Source of the DNA: a bacterium
GTDB lineage: Bacteria > SZUA-79 > Acidulodesulfobacterales > Acidulodesulfobacteraceae
DNA: 64,000 nucleotides
Direction: 5' to 3'
Assembly: GCA_021802425.1 (NCBI GenBank)
Contig: JAJZXJ010000002.1
Coordinates: forward strand, 46,508 to 110,507
A program made the translations under genes and the position numbers. Shown piece after piece: positions 39,485-51,721 of this stretch. The notes under the pieces are model-generated. The model saw only the letters and a program-made list of their open reading frames with translations, was not told the DNA's origin and searched no databases. Positions within the stretch are counted from its first letter, which is position 1, and each line of letters opens with the position of its first letter.

Positions 39485-39955
39485 TTGTCTCGGAGAAAAA
39501 GGGCTGTTAAAAGGGTTATTGAAAGCGACCCAAAGTTCAATGATAAGGTTGTGCAAAAGTTTATAAATAAACTTATGTACGACGGAAAAAAGAGCGTGAG
39601 TGAAAAAATATTCTATAAATCGCTTGATATAATCCATGAAAAGACTAAAGATGACGGTCTTAAGATTTTTAGGCAGGCTATTGACAATGTTAAACCTGTT
39701 CTTGAAGTAAAGGCCAGAAGGATAGGAGGTTCTAACTATCAAGTCCCTGTCGAGGTAAGAAGCGATAGAAGATTATACTTAGCAATAAGATGGATTATAG
39801 GATATGCCAGAGCAAGAAGCGAAAAATCCATGGAAGAGAATTTAGCCCTTGAGATATTGGATGCCGCAAACAACAGGGGAAGTTCAATTAAAAAGAAGGA
39901 GGATACATTTAAAATGGCTGAAGCGAATAAGGCTTTTGCACATTTTAAATGGTAA
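39485..39955 (+). CDS. rpsG: 30S ribosomal protein S7
   Basis: TTG start. S7 blocks (GGSNYQVPVEVR). Confidence 0.96.
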   Translation: MSRRKRAVKRVIESDPKFNDKVVQKFINKLMYDGKKSVSEKIFYKSLDIIHEKTKDDGLKIFRQAIDNVKPVLEVKARRIGGSNYQVPVEVRSDRRLYLAIRWIIGYARARSEKSMEENLALEILDAANNRGSSIKKKEDTFKMAEANKAFAHFKW

Positions 39956-39967
39956 TAAGAGGGCTAA

Positions 39968-42049
39968 ATGGCAGATAAAATACCTTTAGAAAAAACAAGA
40001 AATATAGGCATTATGGCACATATTGACGCCGGTAAAACCACAACTACCGAAAGGATTTTGTATTACACGGGGGTCAACTACAAAATTGGCGAGGTTCACG
40101 ATGGAACGGCCACGATGGATTGGATGGAGCAGGAACAGGAAAGAGGAATAACAATCACATCTGCCGCTACCACATGTTTTTGGAAAAACAACAGGATAAA
40201 TATAATAGATACCCCGGGGCATGTTGATTTTACGATAGAGGTAGAAAGATCCTTAAGGGTTTTGGATGGAGCAGTAGCCGTATTTGACGGTGTCGCAGGA
40301 GTCGAACCGCAATCCGAGACAGTTTGGAGGCAAGCCGATAAATATAAAGTGCCAAGAATATGTTTCGTGAATAAGATGGACAGAACAGGCGCAAATTTTT
40401 TTAGATGCGTGGATATGATCAGGAAAAGGCTTAATTCAACACCTGTTGTTATGCAAATTCCGCTGGGTCTTGAAGATAATTTTAAAGGTATTATCGATGT
40501 TGCGACAATGAAAGCATTTGTTTATAAGAATGAAAGCCTCGGGGCAGAGTATGACGCAATAGATATCCCCCAGGACTATTTTGAAGAATCAAAAAAATAT
40601 CATGACGAATTTATTGAAAAGGCGTGCGATTTTGATGATGCCCTGATGGAAAAATATTTAGCTGGCGAAGATATCGATATTAATTTAGCTAAAAAAGCGA
40701 TAAGGAAAGCAACGCTCGAGTTTAAGCTTGTTCCCGTATTTTGCGGGTCGGCATTTAAAAATAAAGGCGTGCAGCCGTTGCTGGATGCCGTAATCGACTA
40801 CCTGCCTTCTCCCGTGGAAGTACCGCCTATTAAGGGTATAAATCCTAAAACAGAAAAAGAAGAAACGAGGCATGCCTCCGATGATGAGCCTTTTTCGGCG
40901 TTAGCCTTTAAAATTGCGTCGGATCCTTATACGGGCCAGCTGACATATATCAGGGTTTACTCAGGCGTCCTTTCTTCGGGGTCGTATGTTTATAATTCCG
41001 TTAAGGATTCCAAAGAAAGAATCGGAAGGCTTTTAAGGATGCACGCAAATAAAAAAGAGGAAGTAAAAGAGGTTCATGCAGGGGATATTGCCGCTGCCGT
41101 CGGGTTAAGAAGCACTATTACGGGGGACACCCTTTGCGATGATTCCCATCCGATAGTTCTTGAATCGATGGAATTTCCCGATCCGGTTATATCCGTCGCT
41201 ATCGAACCGAAGACTAAAGCGGATCAAGAAAAATTAGGACTGTCTCTGCAAAAATTAACGATAGAGGATCCGTCTTTTAAGGTTAAAACCGATTTAGAAA
41301 CAGGGCAGACTATAATTTCCGGTATGGGCGAGCTTCATCTTGAAATAATAGTCGATAGATTAACGAGAGAATTTAAGGTCGATGCAAATGTCGGCAAACC
41401 TCAGGTTGCGTACAAAGAAACAATAAATAAAAAAGTTCAATCGGAAGGCAAGTTTATTAGACAATCGGGCGGCAGAGGCCAATATGGCCATGTATGGCTT
41501 GAGCTTGAGCCTCTCGGAAAAGGCGCGGGTTATGAATTTGTTAATAAAATAAAAGGCGGCGTTATTCCCACAGAATATATACCTGCTATCAATAAAGGTA
41601 TTGCAGAGGCTTTAACAAGCGGGGTTTTGGCCGGCTATCCGGTGGTCGATATTAAGGCTTCCGTATATGACGGGTCTTTTCATGAGGTTGACTCTTCAGA
41701 AATGGCATTTAAGATTGCTGCTTCAATGGCATTTAAGGACGGCGCTAAAAAGGCTTCCCCTGCGCTTCTTGAGCCGATAATGAAAGTTGAGGTTTTAGTT
41801 CCCGAAGAATTTATGGGCGATGTAATAGGGGATTTAAATTCAAGAAGAGGAAAGATTATTAATTTAGAATCAAGAGGAGGAATTCAGGTCATAAATGCAG
41901 AAGTTCCTTTAGCCGAAATGTTTGGTTATTCTACCGATTTAAGATCCAAAACACAGGGCAGGGCCAATTATACTATGGAATTTCTTAAATATGAACAGGT
42001 GCCAAAAGTTATATCCGATGAAATTATCGCTAAATCACAAGGTAAATAG
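39968..42049 (+). CDS. fusA: Elongation factor G
   Basis: [15 protein letters not shown] and DTPGHVDF GTPase motifs. 693 aa. Confidence 0.97.
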   Translation: MADKIPLEKTRNIGIMAHIDAGKTTTTERILYYTGVNYKIGEVHDGTATMDWMEQEQERGITITSAATTCFWKNNRINIIDTPGHVDFTIEVERSLRVLDGAVAVFDGVAGVEPQSETVWRQADKYKVPRICFVNKMDRTGANFFRCVDMIRKRLNSTPVVMQIPLGLEDNFKGIIDVATMKAFVYKNESLGAEYDAIDIPQDYFEESKKYHDEFIEKACDFDDALMEKYLAGEDIDINLAKKAIRKATLEFKLVPVFCGSAFKNKGVQPLLDAVIDYLPSPVEVPPIKGINPKTEKEETRHASDDEPFSALAFKIASDPYTGQLTYIRVYSGVLSSGSYVYNSVKDSKERIGRLLRMHANKKEEVKEVHAGDIAAAVGLRSTITGDTLCDDSHPIVLESMEFPDPVISVAIEPKTKADQEKLGLSLQKLTIEDPSFKVKTDLETGQTIISGMGELHLEIIVDRLTREFKVDANVGKPQVAYKETINKKVQSEGKFIRQSGGRGQYGHVWLELEPLGKGAGYEFVNKIKGGVIPTEYIPAINKGIAEALTSGVLAGYPVVDIKASVYDGSFHEVDSSEMAFKIAASMAFKDGAKKASPALLEPIMKVEVLVPEEFMGDVIGDLNSRRGKIINLESRGGIQVINAEVPLAEMFGYSTDLRSKTQGRANYTMEFLKYEQVPKVISDEIIAKSQGK

Positions 42050-42058
42050 ATACAATCA

Positions 42059-43268
42059 GGAGGAATTAAATGTCCAAAGAGAAATTTGACAGATCAAAGC
42101 CGCATGTCAATATAGGCACGATAGGTCATGTTGACCATGGCAAGACCACATTAACCGCCGCCATTACAAAGGTTCTTTCGAGAAAAGGCCAGGCTTCCTT
42201 TAAATCGTATGACCAGATTGATAATGCGCCCGAAGAAAAGGAAAGGGGTATTACGATTGCCACATCCCATGTCGAATATTCTACCGATAAAAGGCACTAT
42301 GCCCATGTTGACTGTCCGGGACACGCCGACTATGTTAAGAATATGATTACCGGCGCCGCCCAGATGGACGGAGCCATACTTGTGGTTTCCGCAGCCGACG
42401 GCCCTATGCCCCAGACGAGGGAGCATATACTTTTAGCCCGTCAGGTCGGCGTTCCCTATATAGTCGTATTTTTAAATAAGGTCGATATGGTGGACGACCC
42501 CGAACTTCTTGAGCTTGTCGAACTCGAAGTAAGAGAGCTTTTGACCTCCTATAACTTTCCGGGGGACTCTGTTCCCGTAGTAAAGGGTTCCGCCCTTAAG
42601 GCACTCGAGGCGGAGTCGGATAACGAATGGACACAGAAGATAGTTGATCTTATGAATGCCGTCGATGAATATATTCCGCTTCCGAAAAGAGATATAGATA
42701 AGCCGTTCCTTATGCCGGTCGAGGATGTATTTTCCATATCCGGAAGGGGAACCGTTGCAACGGGCAGGGTAGAAAGAGGCATAGTCAAGGTCGGAGATGA
42801 AATCGAACTTGTCGGAATACTTCCGACATCCAAAACAGTCGTAACAGGCGTAGAAATGTTCAGGAAGCTCTTGGACGAAGGACAGGCAGGCGACAACATA
42901 GGCGTTCTTTTAAGGGGCAAGAAGCGCGAAGAGGTGGAAAGGGGCATGGTTTTGTCCAAACCCGGTTCCATAACTCCCCATAAGAGGTTTAAGGTAGAGG
43001 CATATGTTCTTACCAAGGAAGAAGGTGGCCGCCATACCCCGTTCTTTAACGGCTACCGTCCGCAGTTCTATTTCAGGACTACAGATGTTACCGGGGTTTG
43101 CACGCTGCCGGAAGGCGTCGAAATGGTAATGCCTGGAGACAATGTGTCTATGAGCGTCGAACTCATTACCCCGATAGCCGCCGAAAAGGAATTAAGGTTT
43201 GCCATAAGAGAGGGAGGGCACACTGTAGGCGCCGGGGTTATAACCGAGGTTATAGAGTAATTTAAACA
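42059..43268 (+). repeat. tuf duplication, copy 2
   Basis: See copy 1 (25622-26831). The flanking sequences differ on both sides. Confidence 0.85.
42070..43260 (+). CDS. tuf: Elongation factor Tu (copy 2, tufA-like context in the str operon)
   Basis: The protein is identical to copy 1. It follows fusA. Confidence 0.97.
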   Translation: MSKEKFDRSKPHVNIGTIGHVDHGKTTLTAAITKVLSRKGQASFKSYDQIDNAPEEKERGITIATSHVEYSTDKRHYAHVDCPGHADYVKNMITGAAQMDGAILVVSAADGPMPQTREHILLARQVGVPYIVVFLNKVDMVDDPELLELVELEVRELLTSYNFPGDSVPVVKGSALKALEAESDNEWTQKIVDLMNAVDEYIPLPKRDIDKPFLMPVEDVFSISGRGTVATGRVERGIVKVGDEIELVGILPTSKTVVTGVEMFRKLLDEGQAGDNIGVLLRGKKREEVERGMVLSKPGSITPHKRFKVEAYVLTKEEGGRHTPFFNGYRPQFYFRTTDVTGVCTLPEGVEMVMPGDNVSMSVELITPIAAEKELRFAIREGGHTVGAGVITEVIE

Positions 43269-43299
43269 GAAAAAAGGGTAATATAAAATAAAGGATATT

Positions 43300-43611
43300 A
43301 TGGATATTCAAAAAATAAGAATCAGACTCAAAGCGTATGACCATAGATTGTTAGATCAATCGGTTATAGAAATTGTCGAAACGGCAAAACGCACCGGTTC
43401 CAAAGTCAGCGGTCCGATACCTCTGCCTACTAAAATTAATAAATATTGCGTTTTAAGGTCTCCCCATGTAGATAAAAAATCGAGAGAGGAGTTCGAGATG
43501 AGAACGCATAAAAGAATTATCGACTTATTAGAGCCAAATCAAGCTACTATCGATGCCTTAATGAAGCTGGATCTTTCGGCAGGTATCGATGTGGATATTA
43601 AGCAGATTTAA
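43300..43611 (+). CDS. rpsJ: 30S ribosomal protein S10
   Basis: [17 protein letters not shown]. Confidence 0.97.
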   Translation: MDIQKIRIRLKAYDHRLLDQSVIEIVETAKRTGSKVSGPIPLPTKINKYCVLRSPHVDKKSREEFEMRTHKRIIDLLEPNQATIDALMKLDLSAGIDVDIKQI

Positions 43612-43632
43612 TTTCATGTTGGAGCCTTATAT

Positions 43633-44280
43633 ATGATAAAAGCACTGATTGGAAAAAAGATTGGAATGACGCAGCTGTTTAACGAAGAGGGAATGATTGT
43701 TTCAGTTACCGTCATTAAAGCGGGACCCTGTACGGTCGTGGCAAAAAAAAATAAACAAACCGACGGATATAATGCCATACAATTAGGATTTGAAGAAGTA
43801 AAATCTTATAGGGTGAAAAAGCCTGTTCTCGGCAAATTTACAAAAAATAATATGTCCCCGTTAAAAGTACTGAAGGAATTTAGAGATTCGGATGCAGATG
43901 CCTTAAACATAGGCGATACGATAGATGTCTCGGTTTTTAACGAGGCAAAGTCGGTGTCCATTAGCGGGATTACCAAAGGAAAGGGATATCAGGGGGTTGT
44001 AAAAAGATGGGGCTTTTCGGGCGGCAGGGATACGCACGGCTCAATGTTTCATAGAGCGCCCGGTTCTATAGGCCAGTCGTCGTTTCCTTCGAAAGTATTT
44101 AAAGGATTAAAAATGCCCGGACATATGGGGAATGATAAATGTACCGTATTAAATTTGAAAGTTATAAGAATCGATGCCGCCGAGAATCTTTTGTATGTCA
44201 AGGGTTCCGTTCCAGGTGCAGGCAATGGCATTTTATATATATATGCGGCAGATGAGTCGGGAAGAAAACTGAATAAGTAA
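43633..44280 (+). CDS. rplC: 50S ribosomal protein L3
   Basis: GKKIGMTQLF...TKGKGYQGVVKRWGF. Confidence 0.96.
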   Translation: MIKALIGKKIGMTQLFNEEGMIVSVTVIKAGPCTVVAKKNKQTDGYNAIQLGFEEVKSYRVKKPVLGKFTKNNMSPLKVLKEFRDSDADALNIGDTIDVSVFNEAKSVSISGITKGKGYQGVVKRWGFSGGRDTHGSMFHRAPGSIGQSSFPSKVFKGLKMPGHMGNDKCTVLNLKVIRIDAAENLLYVKGSVPGAGNGILYIYAADESGRKLNK

Positions 44281-44312
44281 TTCTTTAATTAATAAATTAA
44301 GAAGGATTTATA

Positions 44313-44948
44313 ATGTCTGAGAAAGTAAATGTCGTAAACAAAAATAATGAAAAGGTCGGGGATATCGAGTTGAATGAAATTGTTTATTCATATCCCGTAA
44401 AAGAGGCGTTAATAAAAGAATATGTTTTATTAACTCTGGCAAATAAAAGGCTGGGCTTGGCTTCCACCAAAAACAGAAAAATTGTTTCGGGGGGCGGGAT
44501 TAAGCCATGGAAGCAAAAGGGAACGGGAAGGGCAAGGGCAGGTTCGATAAGGTCTCCTTTATGGAAGGGCGGCGGAACCATTTTTGGTCCCAAAAATGAG
44601 AAAAATTATAAAAAGGATATGCCGAAAAAGGCGAGGAAAGCCGCGGTGAAGTCCGCGTTGTCATATCTTTTTAAAGAGGGACGGCTAACTTTTATCGAGG
44701 ATTTTGATATTCCTGAAATTAAAACTAAAGAAATGGTAAAATTTTTTAGTAAATTCGGCATCGAAAAGGGGTTAGTTATATTGCCATCCACTAATATTAA
44801 CGATAAAATTGTTAAATCAACAAGAAATCTTGCTGATTTTAAAGCAACTAATGTAAATGAAATTAATATTATCGATTTACTTAAGTATAAGAAGATATTA
44901 ATTAGCGTAAAAGCCAATGAAGAATTAGAGAGGAATCTTGCGATATGA
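44313..44948 (+). CDS. rplD: 50S ribosomal protein L4
   Basis: KPWKQKGTGRARAGSIRSPLWKGGG. Confidence 0.96.
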   Translation: MSEKVNVVNKNNEKVGDIELNEIVYSYPVKEALIKEYVLLTLANKRLGLASTKNRKIVSGGGIKPWKQKGTGRARAGSIRSPLWKGGGTIFGPKNEKNYKKDMPKKARKAAVKSALSYLFKEGRLTFIEDFDIPEIKTKEMVKFFSKFGIEKGLVILPSTNINDKIVKSTRNLADFKATNVNEINIIDLLKYKKILISVKANEELERNLAI

Positions 44949-45232
44949 AAGAATTATATGCCGTTATTGAAAAGGCGCTGCTCTCCGAAAAAAGTCTGGG
45001 GATAAGAGAAACAAATAATACCTATGTTTTTAATGTTAATAAAAAGGCAAATAAAAAAGATATTAAAGATATGGTGGAAAAATATTTTAATGTGAAAGTA
45101 GAAAATGTTCATACCCTGATTAACAGGGGTAAATATAGGCGGGTTGGAAAATATACCGGTAAATTATCAAATTTTAAAAAGGCTTATGTTAAACTTAAAG
45201 ACGGCCAAAGAATTTCTGCATTAGAGGCTTAA
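44945..45232 (+). CDS. rplW: 50S ribosomal protein L23
   Basis: Assigned by position and L23-like sequence. It overlaps the rplD stop (ATGA). Confidence 0.93.
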   Translation: MKELYAVIEKALLSEKSLGIRETNNTYVFNVNKKANKKDIKDMVEKYFNVKVENVHTLINRGKYRRVGKYTGKLSNFKKAYVKLKDGQRISALEA

Positions 45233-45248
45233 TCGGGAGACAATAGGA

Positions 45249-46076
45249 ATGCAATTAAAAAAATATAAACCTACATCCAGCGGAAGAAGATTTCAAACTG
45301 TTTCAGATTTTTCTGAAATTACGCGGGATTATCCAGAAAAGAAACTGTTATCCAAATATAAGAAAAATTCAGGAAGAAACAATAATGGAAGGATAACAAC
45401 CCGCCACCAGGGCGGCGGACATAAAAAGAGATACAGGATTATCGATTTTAAAAGGGATAAGAGAGATATTCCGGCGCGTGTCGCGGAAATAGAGTACGAT
45501 CCTAATAGGTCTGCAAGGATTGCCCTTTTAAATTATATCGATGGTGAAAAAAGGTATATATTATGTCCCGACGGATTAAAAAAAGGGGATAGCGTTATAT
45601 CATCGGAAAAGGCGGATATACAACCGGGAAACTGTCTTCCTTTGCACAATATTCCTGTCGGTACGATGATTCATAATGTTGAATTAAAGCCTAATTCAGG
45701 AGGGAAACTTGTCAGAAGCGCAGGCGCTTATGCCGAGCTTCTGGGAAAAGACGGCGGATATGCTCAAATTAAAATGCCGTCAGGCGAGTTCAGGCGGGTT
45801 CTCGAGGGATGTTGCGCCACAATAGGCCAAATCGGAAATATAGACCATGAGAATATCAGTATCGGAAAAGCAGGCAGGTCAAGATGGTTAGGAATTAGGC
45901 CGTCTGTTAGAGGCGTTGCCATGAATCCGATCGATCATCCGCACGGCGGAGGAGAGGGAAAGACTTCCGGCGGGCGTCATCCGGTTACCCCGTGGGGTGT
46001 TCCTACTAAAGGTTTTAAAACAAGAAAAAACAAGAGAACATCAAAATACATAATATCGAGAAGAAAAGTTAAATAA
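45249..46076 (+). CDS. rplB: 50S ribosomal protein L2
   Basis: [25 protein letters not shown]. Confidence 0.97.
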   Translation: MQLKKYKPTSSGRRFQTVSDFSEITRDYPEKKLLSKYKKNSGRNNNGRITTRHQGGGHKKRYRIIDFKRDKRDIPARVAEIEYDPNRSARIALLNYIDGEKRYILCPDGLKKGDSVISSEKADIQPGNCLPLHNIPVGTMIHNVELKPNSGGKLVRSAGAYAELLGKDGGYAQIKMPSGEFRRVLEGCCATIGQIGNIDHENISIGKAGRSRWLGIRPSVRGVAMNPIDHPHGGGEGKTSGGRHPVTPWGVPTKGFKTRKNKRTSKYIISRRKVK

Positions 46077-46100
46077 AATTTATTAAAGGAGAGTTTGATT

Positions 46101-46403
46101 TTGGCCAGATCGATTAAAAAGGGACCTTTCGCCGATGAATCGCTTATAGAAAAGGTGGAAAAGGCATTCGAGACTAACGATAAAAAAATTATAAAAACCT
46201 GGTCTAGAAGATCTACTATTTTGCCATCTATGGTTGGATTTACATTTGCCGTTCATAACGGTAAAAAATTTATTCCCGTATTTGTCAGCGAAAATATGGT
46301 TGGGCATAAGCTTGGCGAATTTTCGCCGACCAGAACTTTTACCATGCATTCAGGGGATAGAAAAGCCAAGGTTAAATCCAGCGGTCGTCCTGCTGCAAAA
46401 TAA
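46101..46403 (+). CDS. rpsS: 30S ribosomal protein S19
   Basis: [10 protein letters not shown]... from the TTG at 46101, 7 nt after AAGGAGAG. The ORF track's alternative start is 46095. Confidence 0.93.
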   Translation: MARSIKKGPFADESLIEKVEKAFETNDKKIIKTWSRRSTILPSMVGFTFAVHNGKKFIPVFVSENMVGHKLGEFSPTRTFTMHSGDRKAKVKSSGRPAAK

Positions 46404-46420
46404 ATATAAAGGGGTTAAAG

Positions 46421-46753
46421 ATGGAGTTTAAAGCTGAAGCAAAATACATTAAGGTTTCTCCTCAGAAGGCCAGACTTGTGGTTGACCTGATACGAGGGAA
46501 GAAGGTCTATGACGCTCTTAATATACTTAAGTTTACAAAAAAAAAATCGTCGCTTACCGTATATAAGCTCTTAAAATCAGCGTTAGCAAATGCTTCAAGT
46601 ACAGGAAGGGTTGATATAGATAACCTGATTATTTCTAAAATTAGCGTCGATATGTCGTTTTCTCTTAAAAGGTTAATGCCGAAAGCTATGGGAAGAGGCG
46701 CTACAATTAAGAAGCGTATGAGTAACATTAAAATAGTTCTTGCGGAAATTTAA
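46421..46753 (+). CDS. rplV: 50S ribosomal protein L22
   Basis: Assigned by position and L22-like sequence (SPQKARLVVDLIRGK). Confidence 0.95.
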   Translation: MEFKAEAKYIKVSPQKARLVVDLIRGKKVYDALNILKFTKKKSSLTVYKLLKSALANASSTGRVDIDNLIISKISVDMSFSLKRLMPKAMGRGATIKKRMSNIKIVLAEI

Positions 46754-46768
46754 AATCGGAGGTTAATT

Positions 46769-47404
46769 TTGGGGCAGAAAGTAAATCCAACTGGATTAAG
46801 AATAGGAATCAATCAATCCTGGAATTCGATATGGTATAGTGATCGCAATTACTCTACTTTTTTGCATGAGGATTTAAAAATCAGGGATTTCTTAAAGAAA
46901 AAACTTTACTCGGCGGGAGTATCTAAAATTAATATCAGCAGAAAGGCCGAAAAATTAATTATCGATATATATACTGCCAGACCGGGAATGATATACGGGA
47001 AAAAGGGTTCCTCCGAATTTGAAAATTTAAAAACAGAGCTTGCAAGGCTTATTAAAATTAAAAATAAAGACATCAATATAAACATAATAGAGGTAAAGAA
47101 GCCTGAAATTGATGCTACTCTGGTAGCGGAAGGCATTGCTTCCCAGTTGGAAAAAAGAATAGCATTCAAGAGGGCGATGAAAAAAAGCGTTTCAATGGCG
47201 TTGAAAAGCGGCGCGAAGGGCATTAAAATTACCTGCGGCGGCAGGCTTGCCGGGGCTGAAATTGCCAGAGCCGAATGGTATCGCGAAGGCAGAGTTCCGC
47301 TGCATACCCTCAGGGCGGATATCAACTATGGTACGGCGGAAGCCAATACGACATACGGAAAAATCGGCATTAAAGTGTGGATATATAAAGGAGATGTTCT
47401 TTAA
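46769..47404 (+). CDS. rpsC: 30S ribosomal protein S3
   Basis: TTG start. [12 protein letters not shown]. Confidence 0.96.
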   Translation: MGQKVNPTGLRIGINQSWNSIWYSDRNYSTFLHEDLKIRDFLKKKLYSAGVSKINISRKAEKLIIDIYTARPGMIYGKKGSSEFENLKTELARLIKIKNKDININIIEVKKPEIDATLVAEGIASQLEKRIAFKRAMKKSVSMALKSGAKGIKITCGGRLAGAEIARAEWYREGRVPLHTLRADINYGTAEANTTYGKIGIKVWIYKGDVL

Positions 47405-47450
47405 TTTTATAATTAATAGAAATAATAGAAAAAGCCAAAGGTGAATAAAT

Positions 47451-47864
47451 ATGTTAATGCCAGCTAAGACTAAATATAAAAAGCAGATGAAGGGAAGGAT
47501 GAAAGGAAAAGCCTCGAGAGGCAATACTCTTGCCTTCGGTGATTTCGGACTCAAGGTTATAGAATGCGGATATATAACTTCAAAACAAATTGAAGCTGCG
47601 AGAATTGCGATGACAAGGTTTGTTAAAAGAGGCGGTAAAATTTGGATAAGAATATTTCCCGATAAACCGATTACCAAAAAACCCGCCGAGACCAGAATGG
47701 GAAAAGGAAAAGGCAGCGTTGAGGAATGGGTGTGCGTTGCCAGGCCGGGATTAGTTTTGTATGAAATGGAAGGAATATCTAAAGAGATTGCCCAGGAGGC
47801 TCTAAGGCTGGCATCTCATAAATTACCGCTTAAGACGATATTTATAGAAAGGGGAGAGTTTTAA
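47451..47864 (+). CDS. rplP: 50S ribosomal protein L16
   Basis: [19 protein letters not shown]...RMGKGKG. Confidence 0.96.
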   Translation: MLMPAKTKYKKQMKGRMKGKASRGNTLAFGDFGLKVIECGYITSKQIEAARIAMTRFVKRGGKIWIRIFPDKPITKKPAETRMGKGKGSVEEWVCVARPGLVLYEMEGISKEIAQEALRLASHKLPLKTIFIERGEF

Positions 47865-47867
47865 TAT

Positions 47868-48065
47868 ATGAAATATAATGAACTTAAAGCGATGAATGAT
47901 GATGAACTTTTAGTTAAAGAAACCGATTTTAGAAAGGAAATTTTTAACTTGACTATCCAAAAATCTGTAGGCTCTTTAGAAAATCCCAAAAGGATTAAAA
48001 CGGTTAAAAAAGATATTGCCCGTATAAAAACGATTTTAAATGAAAGAGGCGGGAGGCAATTATGA
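47868..48065 (+). CDS. rpmC: 50S ribosomal protein L29
   Basis: Assigned by position, size (65 aa) and L29-like helix pattern. Confidence 0.9.
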   Translation: MKYNELKAMNDDELLVKETDFRKEIFNLTIQKSVGSLENPKRIKTVKKDIARIKTILNERGGRQL

Positions 48066-48307
48066 AAAAAACCTATATAGGCATTGTGACTTCCGACAAA
48101 ATGGATAAAACGATTGTTGCCGTAGTTTCTAATATCGTGAAACATCCTTTATACAAGAAATATGTAAAAAAGAACAAGAAATTTAAGGTTCATGATGAAA
48201 AAAATACTGCAAAAATCGGGGATAAAGTTTTATTTATTGAAACGCGCCCGTTATCCAAAGAGAAAAGGTGGAATTTAAAAAAGATTCTTGAAAAACAGGC
48301 AAATTAA
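48062..48307 (+). CDS. rpsQ: 30S ribosomal protein S17
   Basis: GIVTSDKMDKTIVV-type N-terminus. It overlaps the rpmC stop. Confidence 0.94.
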   Translation: MKKTYIGIVTSDKMDKTIVAVVSNIVKHPLYKKYVKKNKKFKVHDEKNTAKIGDKVLFIETRPLSKEKRWNLKKILEKQAN

Positions 48308-48371
48308 GATATATTAAAACCCCTGCCTTTAGGCATGGGGATATATATAAATTAAACGAGGGGCTGTAATA

Positions 48372-48740
48372 ATGATTCAAATGCAAACAATATTAGGATC
48401 TGCCGACAACTCGGGGGCGAAGAAACTCATGTGCATTAAAGTCCTCGGCGGATCAAAGCGTAAATATGCCGAAATTGGAGACATAATAGTTGTTTCCATA
48501 AAAGAAGCAATTCCTAATTCAAAGGTTAAAAAAGGCGATGTTTCTAAAGCGGTAATTGTAAGAACCGTAAAAGAAATAAAACGCCCTGACGGAAGTTACA
48601 TAAGATTCGATAACAATTCGGCAGTTTTGATAAACACGCAGAATGAACCCGTAGGAACGCGTATTTTTGGACCCGTTGCAAGGGAACTGAGAGCAAAAAA
48701 ATTTATGAGAATTATCTCATTAGCGCCAGAGGTTTTATAA
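48372..48740 (+). CDS. rplN: 50S ribosomal protein L14
   Basis: [27 protein letters not shown]. Confidence 0.97.
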   Translation: MIQMQTILGSADNSGAKKLMCIKVLGGSKRKYAEIGDIIVVSIKEAIPNSKVKKGDVSKAVIVRTVKEIKRPDGSYIRFDNNSAVLINTQNEPVGTRIFGPVARELRAKKFMRIISLAPEVL

Positions 48741-48741
48741 T

Positions 48742-49056
48742 ATGACTATAAGATTAAAAAAGAACGACAGCGTTATGGTTTTAGCGGGAAAAGAAAAGGG
48801 TAAGGTCGGTAAAATCATTCGTATCGACAAGGATGATAACAGGGTTTATATCGAAAAGATTAATATGATTAAAAGGCATATAAAACCGAGAAGCGCCCAG
48901 GAACCCGGCGGCATTATAGACAAAGAAGCCGGATTAGATATTTCAAATATCGGGCTTTATTGTTCAAAATGCAAAAAACCCGTCAGGTTTTCTGTAAAAG
49001 TTAATGAAAATAATAAGAAGATTAGAATTTGTAAAAAGTGCGGTTCTGAAGTTTAA
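48742..49056 (+). CDS. rplX: 50S ribosomal protein L24
   Basis: KOW motif ([20 protein letters not shown]). The C-terminal part carries CSKC...CKKC. Confidence 0.94.
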   Translation: MTIRLKKNDSVMVLAGKEKGKVGKIIRIDKDDNRVYIEKINMIKRHIKPRSAQEPGGIIDKEAGLDISNIGLYCSKCKKPVRFSVKVNENNKKIRICKKCGSEV

Positions 49057-49073
49057 TTCTGGAGGATTTTAAA

Positions 49074-49616
49074 TTGGCTTCGAGATATAAAGAATTTTAT
49101 AAAAATGAGGTTGCCCCTAAGTTAATGGAAGAAACAGGTTATAAAAATGTTCACCAGATACCTAAATTGTCAAAAATCGTCATTAATATGGGTCTTGGGG
49201 AAGCAACATCAAATTCAAAGATTATTGAGCAATCCATAACGGAACTTGCTAAAATATCGGGCCAGAAGCCCGTGGTCGCAAAGGCGAAAAAATCTATTGC
49301 AGCTTTCAAATTAAAGGAAAATCAGGAGATAGGGTGCTTTGTTACCTTAAGAAATGAAAGGATGTATGACTTTTTCGACAAACTTATCAACATAGCTCTT
49401 CCGAGGGTTAGAGATTTTAAAGGCCTGTCGAAGAAGTCTTTTGACGGCTATGGGAATTATACATTTGGGGTCAAGGAACAGGTGATATTTCCGGAAATAA
49501 GCTATGAACTTATCGACAAGATTAAGGGAATGAATATAACGATAGTAACAACTGCAAAAAATAATGATGACGGATATAAACTTTTAAAAGGGTTTAATTT
49601 TCCTTTTAGAAATTAG
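49074..49616 (+). CDS. rplE: 50S ribosomal protein L5
   Basis: TTG start. L5 blocks ([20 protein letters not shown]). Confidence 0.96.
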   Translation: MASRYKEFYKNEVAPKLMEETGYKNVHQIPKLSKIVINMGLGEATSNSKIIEQSITELAKISGQKPVVAKAKKSIAAFKLKENQEIGCFVTLRNERMYDFFDKLINIALPRVRDFKGLSKKSFDGYGNYTFGVKEQVIFPEISYELIDKIKGMNITIVTTAKNNDDGYKLLKGFNFPFRN

Positions 49617-49628
49617 GAGACAAAATAT

Positions 49629-49814
49629 ATGGCAAAAAAGTCTATGATTATTAAAGCGATCAGGAAGCCAAAGTTTAAAGTTCGCGCGCACAACAGGTGT
49701 CCGATATGCGGAAGACCGAGAGGATACTACAGGAAGTTCGATATGTGCAGAATATGTTTTAGAACTTTGTCGAGCAAGGGACTCATTCCCGGTGTCACAA
49801 AATCTAGTTGGTAG
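49629..49814 (+). CDS. rpsN: 30S ribosomal protein S14, type Z (zinc-binding, 61 aa)
   Basis: [22 protein letters not shown] with CxxC...CxxC. Confidence 0.95.
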   Translation: MAKKSMIIKAIRKPKFKVRAHNRCPICGRPRGYYRKFDMCRICFRTLSSKGLIPGVTKSSW

Positions 49815-49861
49815 CAGATAGTTTAATTTATTTAAATGTATTTAATGAGGATGAATAAAAT

Positions 49862-50260
49862 ATGACATATCCAATATCTGATATGATTATAAGAATTAAA
49901 AATGCATACAAAGTGGGTAAGGAAAGGGTAAATTTACCATATTCCGGGATCAAAGAAAATATATGCGTCATTCTTAAAAGAGAGGGTTTTATCGATGATT
50001 ATGCAATAAATAATATAAAAGACAGCGCTTTTAAAAACATAGAAATTAAGCTGAGTTATTTTGAAAATAAAAAATCCACCATCATCGATATTAAAGTTAC
50101 AAGCACTCCGGGGTTAAGATTTTACAAAAGGGCATTGGATATCAAGTCATATAAAAACGGCTTAGGTATGGAAGTATTTTCAACCTCTGCAGGAATTTTG
50201 TCGGATGTCGAATGCAGGGAAAAAAATATCGGCGGACTATCGCTGCTGAAAGTTTTTTAA
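49862..50260 (+). CDS. rpsH: 30S ribosomal protein S8
   Basis: PISDMIIRIKNA N-terminus. Confidence 0.96.
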   Translation: MTYPISDMIIRIKNAYKVGKERVNLPYSGIKENICVILKREGFIDDYAINNIKDSAFKNIEIKLSYFENKKSTIIDIKVTSTPGLRFYKRALDIKSYKNGLGMEVFSTSAGILSDVECREKNIGGLSLLKVF

Positions 50261-50293
50261 CAAGATAAAAAAATTTAATAAGGTGTCGGCAAA

Positions 50294-50833
50294 ATGTCTA
50301 GAATAGGTAAAAAAGCTATCGAGATTCCCAAAAATGTTTCCGCGGGCATTGTGGGTAATTTATTTACATGTACGGGACCTTTGGGGAAATTAACAAAAAA
50401 ACTTCCCGAAGGCATAATCGTAAAAATAGAAGGGTCAAGTATATCCGTGGCATTAAAGGATGACAACCGCGATTTCGAAAAATATACGGGCTTAACAAGA
50501 ACAATCATTGCAAACTCTGTTAGCGGCGTTGTTAACGGATTTACAAAGGAGCTGGAAATTATCGGAGTCGGGTATAGAGCGGAAATGAAGAATAAAACCC
50601 TATCTTTAAATTTGGGGTTTTCGCATCCGATAAGTTTTATAATTCCGGAAGGGATCGGCATAAGCGTTGAAAAAAATACCTTATTGAAAATTTCCGGCTA
50701 CGACAAGGAGCTTGTGGGATTTGTTGCTTCAAGGATTCGGAGTTTAAGAAAGCCGGAGCCTTATAAGGGGAAAGGCATTAAGTATTCAAGCGAAATTATT
50801 AAAAGAAAGGTTGGCAAGGCTTCAGGAAAATAA
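50294..50833 (+). CDS. rplF: 50S ribosomal protein L6
   Basis: MSRIGKKAIEIP N-terminus. 179 aa. Confidence 0.96.
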   Translation: MSRIGKKAIEIPKNVSAGIVGNLFTCTGPLGKLTKKLPEGIIVKIEGSSISVALKDDNRDFEKYTGLTRTIIANSVSGVVNGFTKELEIIGVGYRAEMKNKTLSLNLGFSHPISFIIPEGIGISVEKNTLLKISGYDKELVGFVASRIRSLRKPEPYKGKGIKYSSEIIKRKVGKASGK

Positions 50834-50860
50834 ATAAATAGAAAAATAAAGGAATATTCT

Positions 50861-51217
50861 ATGAAAGGTAAAAGTGAAAAAAGATCCCGTAGAAAGGCGC
50901 ATATAAATAAGGTTTTAAAAAATAGTACAAAACCGAGATTATGCGTTTTTAAAAGTTTAAACAATATATATGCGCAGGTGTTTTCGCCTGACAATAAAGT
51001 CCTTGCGCAGGTTTCGTCTCTTTCAAAAGAATTAAAAGGTAAAATTGAAGGTCATGCGGGAAATATACCGGCCGCAAAAATTGTGGGAAGCGAGATAGCC
51101 GCGTTATGCGTGCAAAAATCTATAACAGAGGTTGCATTTGATCGGAACGGCTATATTTACCATGGAAGAGTGAAAGCTCTTGCCGATGCCGCGAGAGAAA
51201 ATGGTTTGAATTTTTAG
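50861..51217 (+). CDS. rplR: 50S ribosomal protein L18
   Basis: FDRNGYIYHGRVKALADAARENGLNF C-terminus. Confidence 0.96.
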   Translation: MKGKSEKRSRRKAHINKVLKNSTKPRLCVFKSLNNIYAQVFSPDNKVLAQVSSLSKELKGKIEGHAGNIPAAKIVGSEIAALCVQKSITEVAFDRNGYIYHGRVKALADAARENGLNF

Positions 51218-51226
51218 GAGGGTAAT

Positions 51227-51721
51227 TTGCAAAAATTAAGTATCGAAGGTTTAAATATTCAGGATAAAGTAATCCATGTTTCCCGGGTTGCCAAGGTTGT
51301 CAAGGGAGGGAGAAGGTTCGGCTTTTCCGCGTTAGTCGTCGTCGGCGACCCCGATGCAAATTTTGTCGGGATTGGACTCGGTAAGGCAAAAGAGGTACCG
51401 GAAGCGATTCGCAAGGGTTCGGAGCAGGCCAAAAAGAATATGATAAGAGTTAAAGTCCATAAGAACACTATTCCCCATGAGCAGTACGGCAAGGATGGAG
51501 CGGGTTATGTGTTTATGAAACCCGCGCCTGAAGGAACAGGTATTATCGCAGGCGGAGCAATGAGAGCAATATTTGAGCTTTCAGGGATTAAGAATGTTTA
51601 CGCAAAATCTATCGGTTCATCAAATCCTCACAATGTCGCTAATGCCACATTGAAATGTATATCATCGTTTTATTTTAAGGGCGAATTATTGAAAAGAAGA
51701 AAGAACAAGTCATTATCGTAA
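51227..51721 (+). CDS. rpsE: 30S ribosomal protein S5
   Basis: TTG start. [24 protein letters not shown]. Confidence 0.96.
   Translation: MQKLSIEGLNIQDKVIHVSRVAKVVKGGRRFGFSALVVVGDPDANFVGIGLGKAKEVPEAIRKGSEQAKKNMIRVKVHKNTIPHEQYGKDGAGYVFMKPAPEGTGIIAGGAMRAIFELSGIKNVYAKSIGSSNPHNVANATLKCISSFYFKGELLKRRKNKSLS

Noticed and set aside
42059-43268. tuf duplication as an assembly artefact
   Set aside because: Each copy sits in a different canonical context (tRNA cluster-tuf-rpmG versus fusA-tuf-rpsJ) with unique flanks. This matches the well-known two-copy arrangement. Only read-level data could fully exclude collapse or duplication errors.
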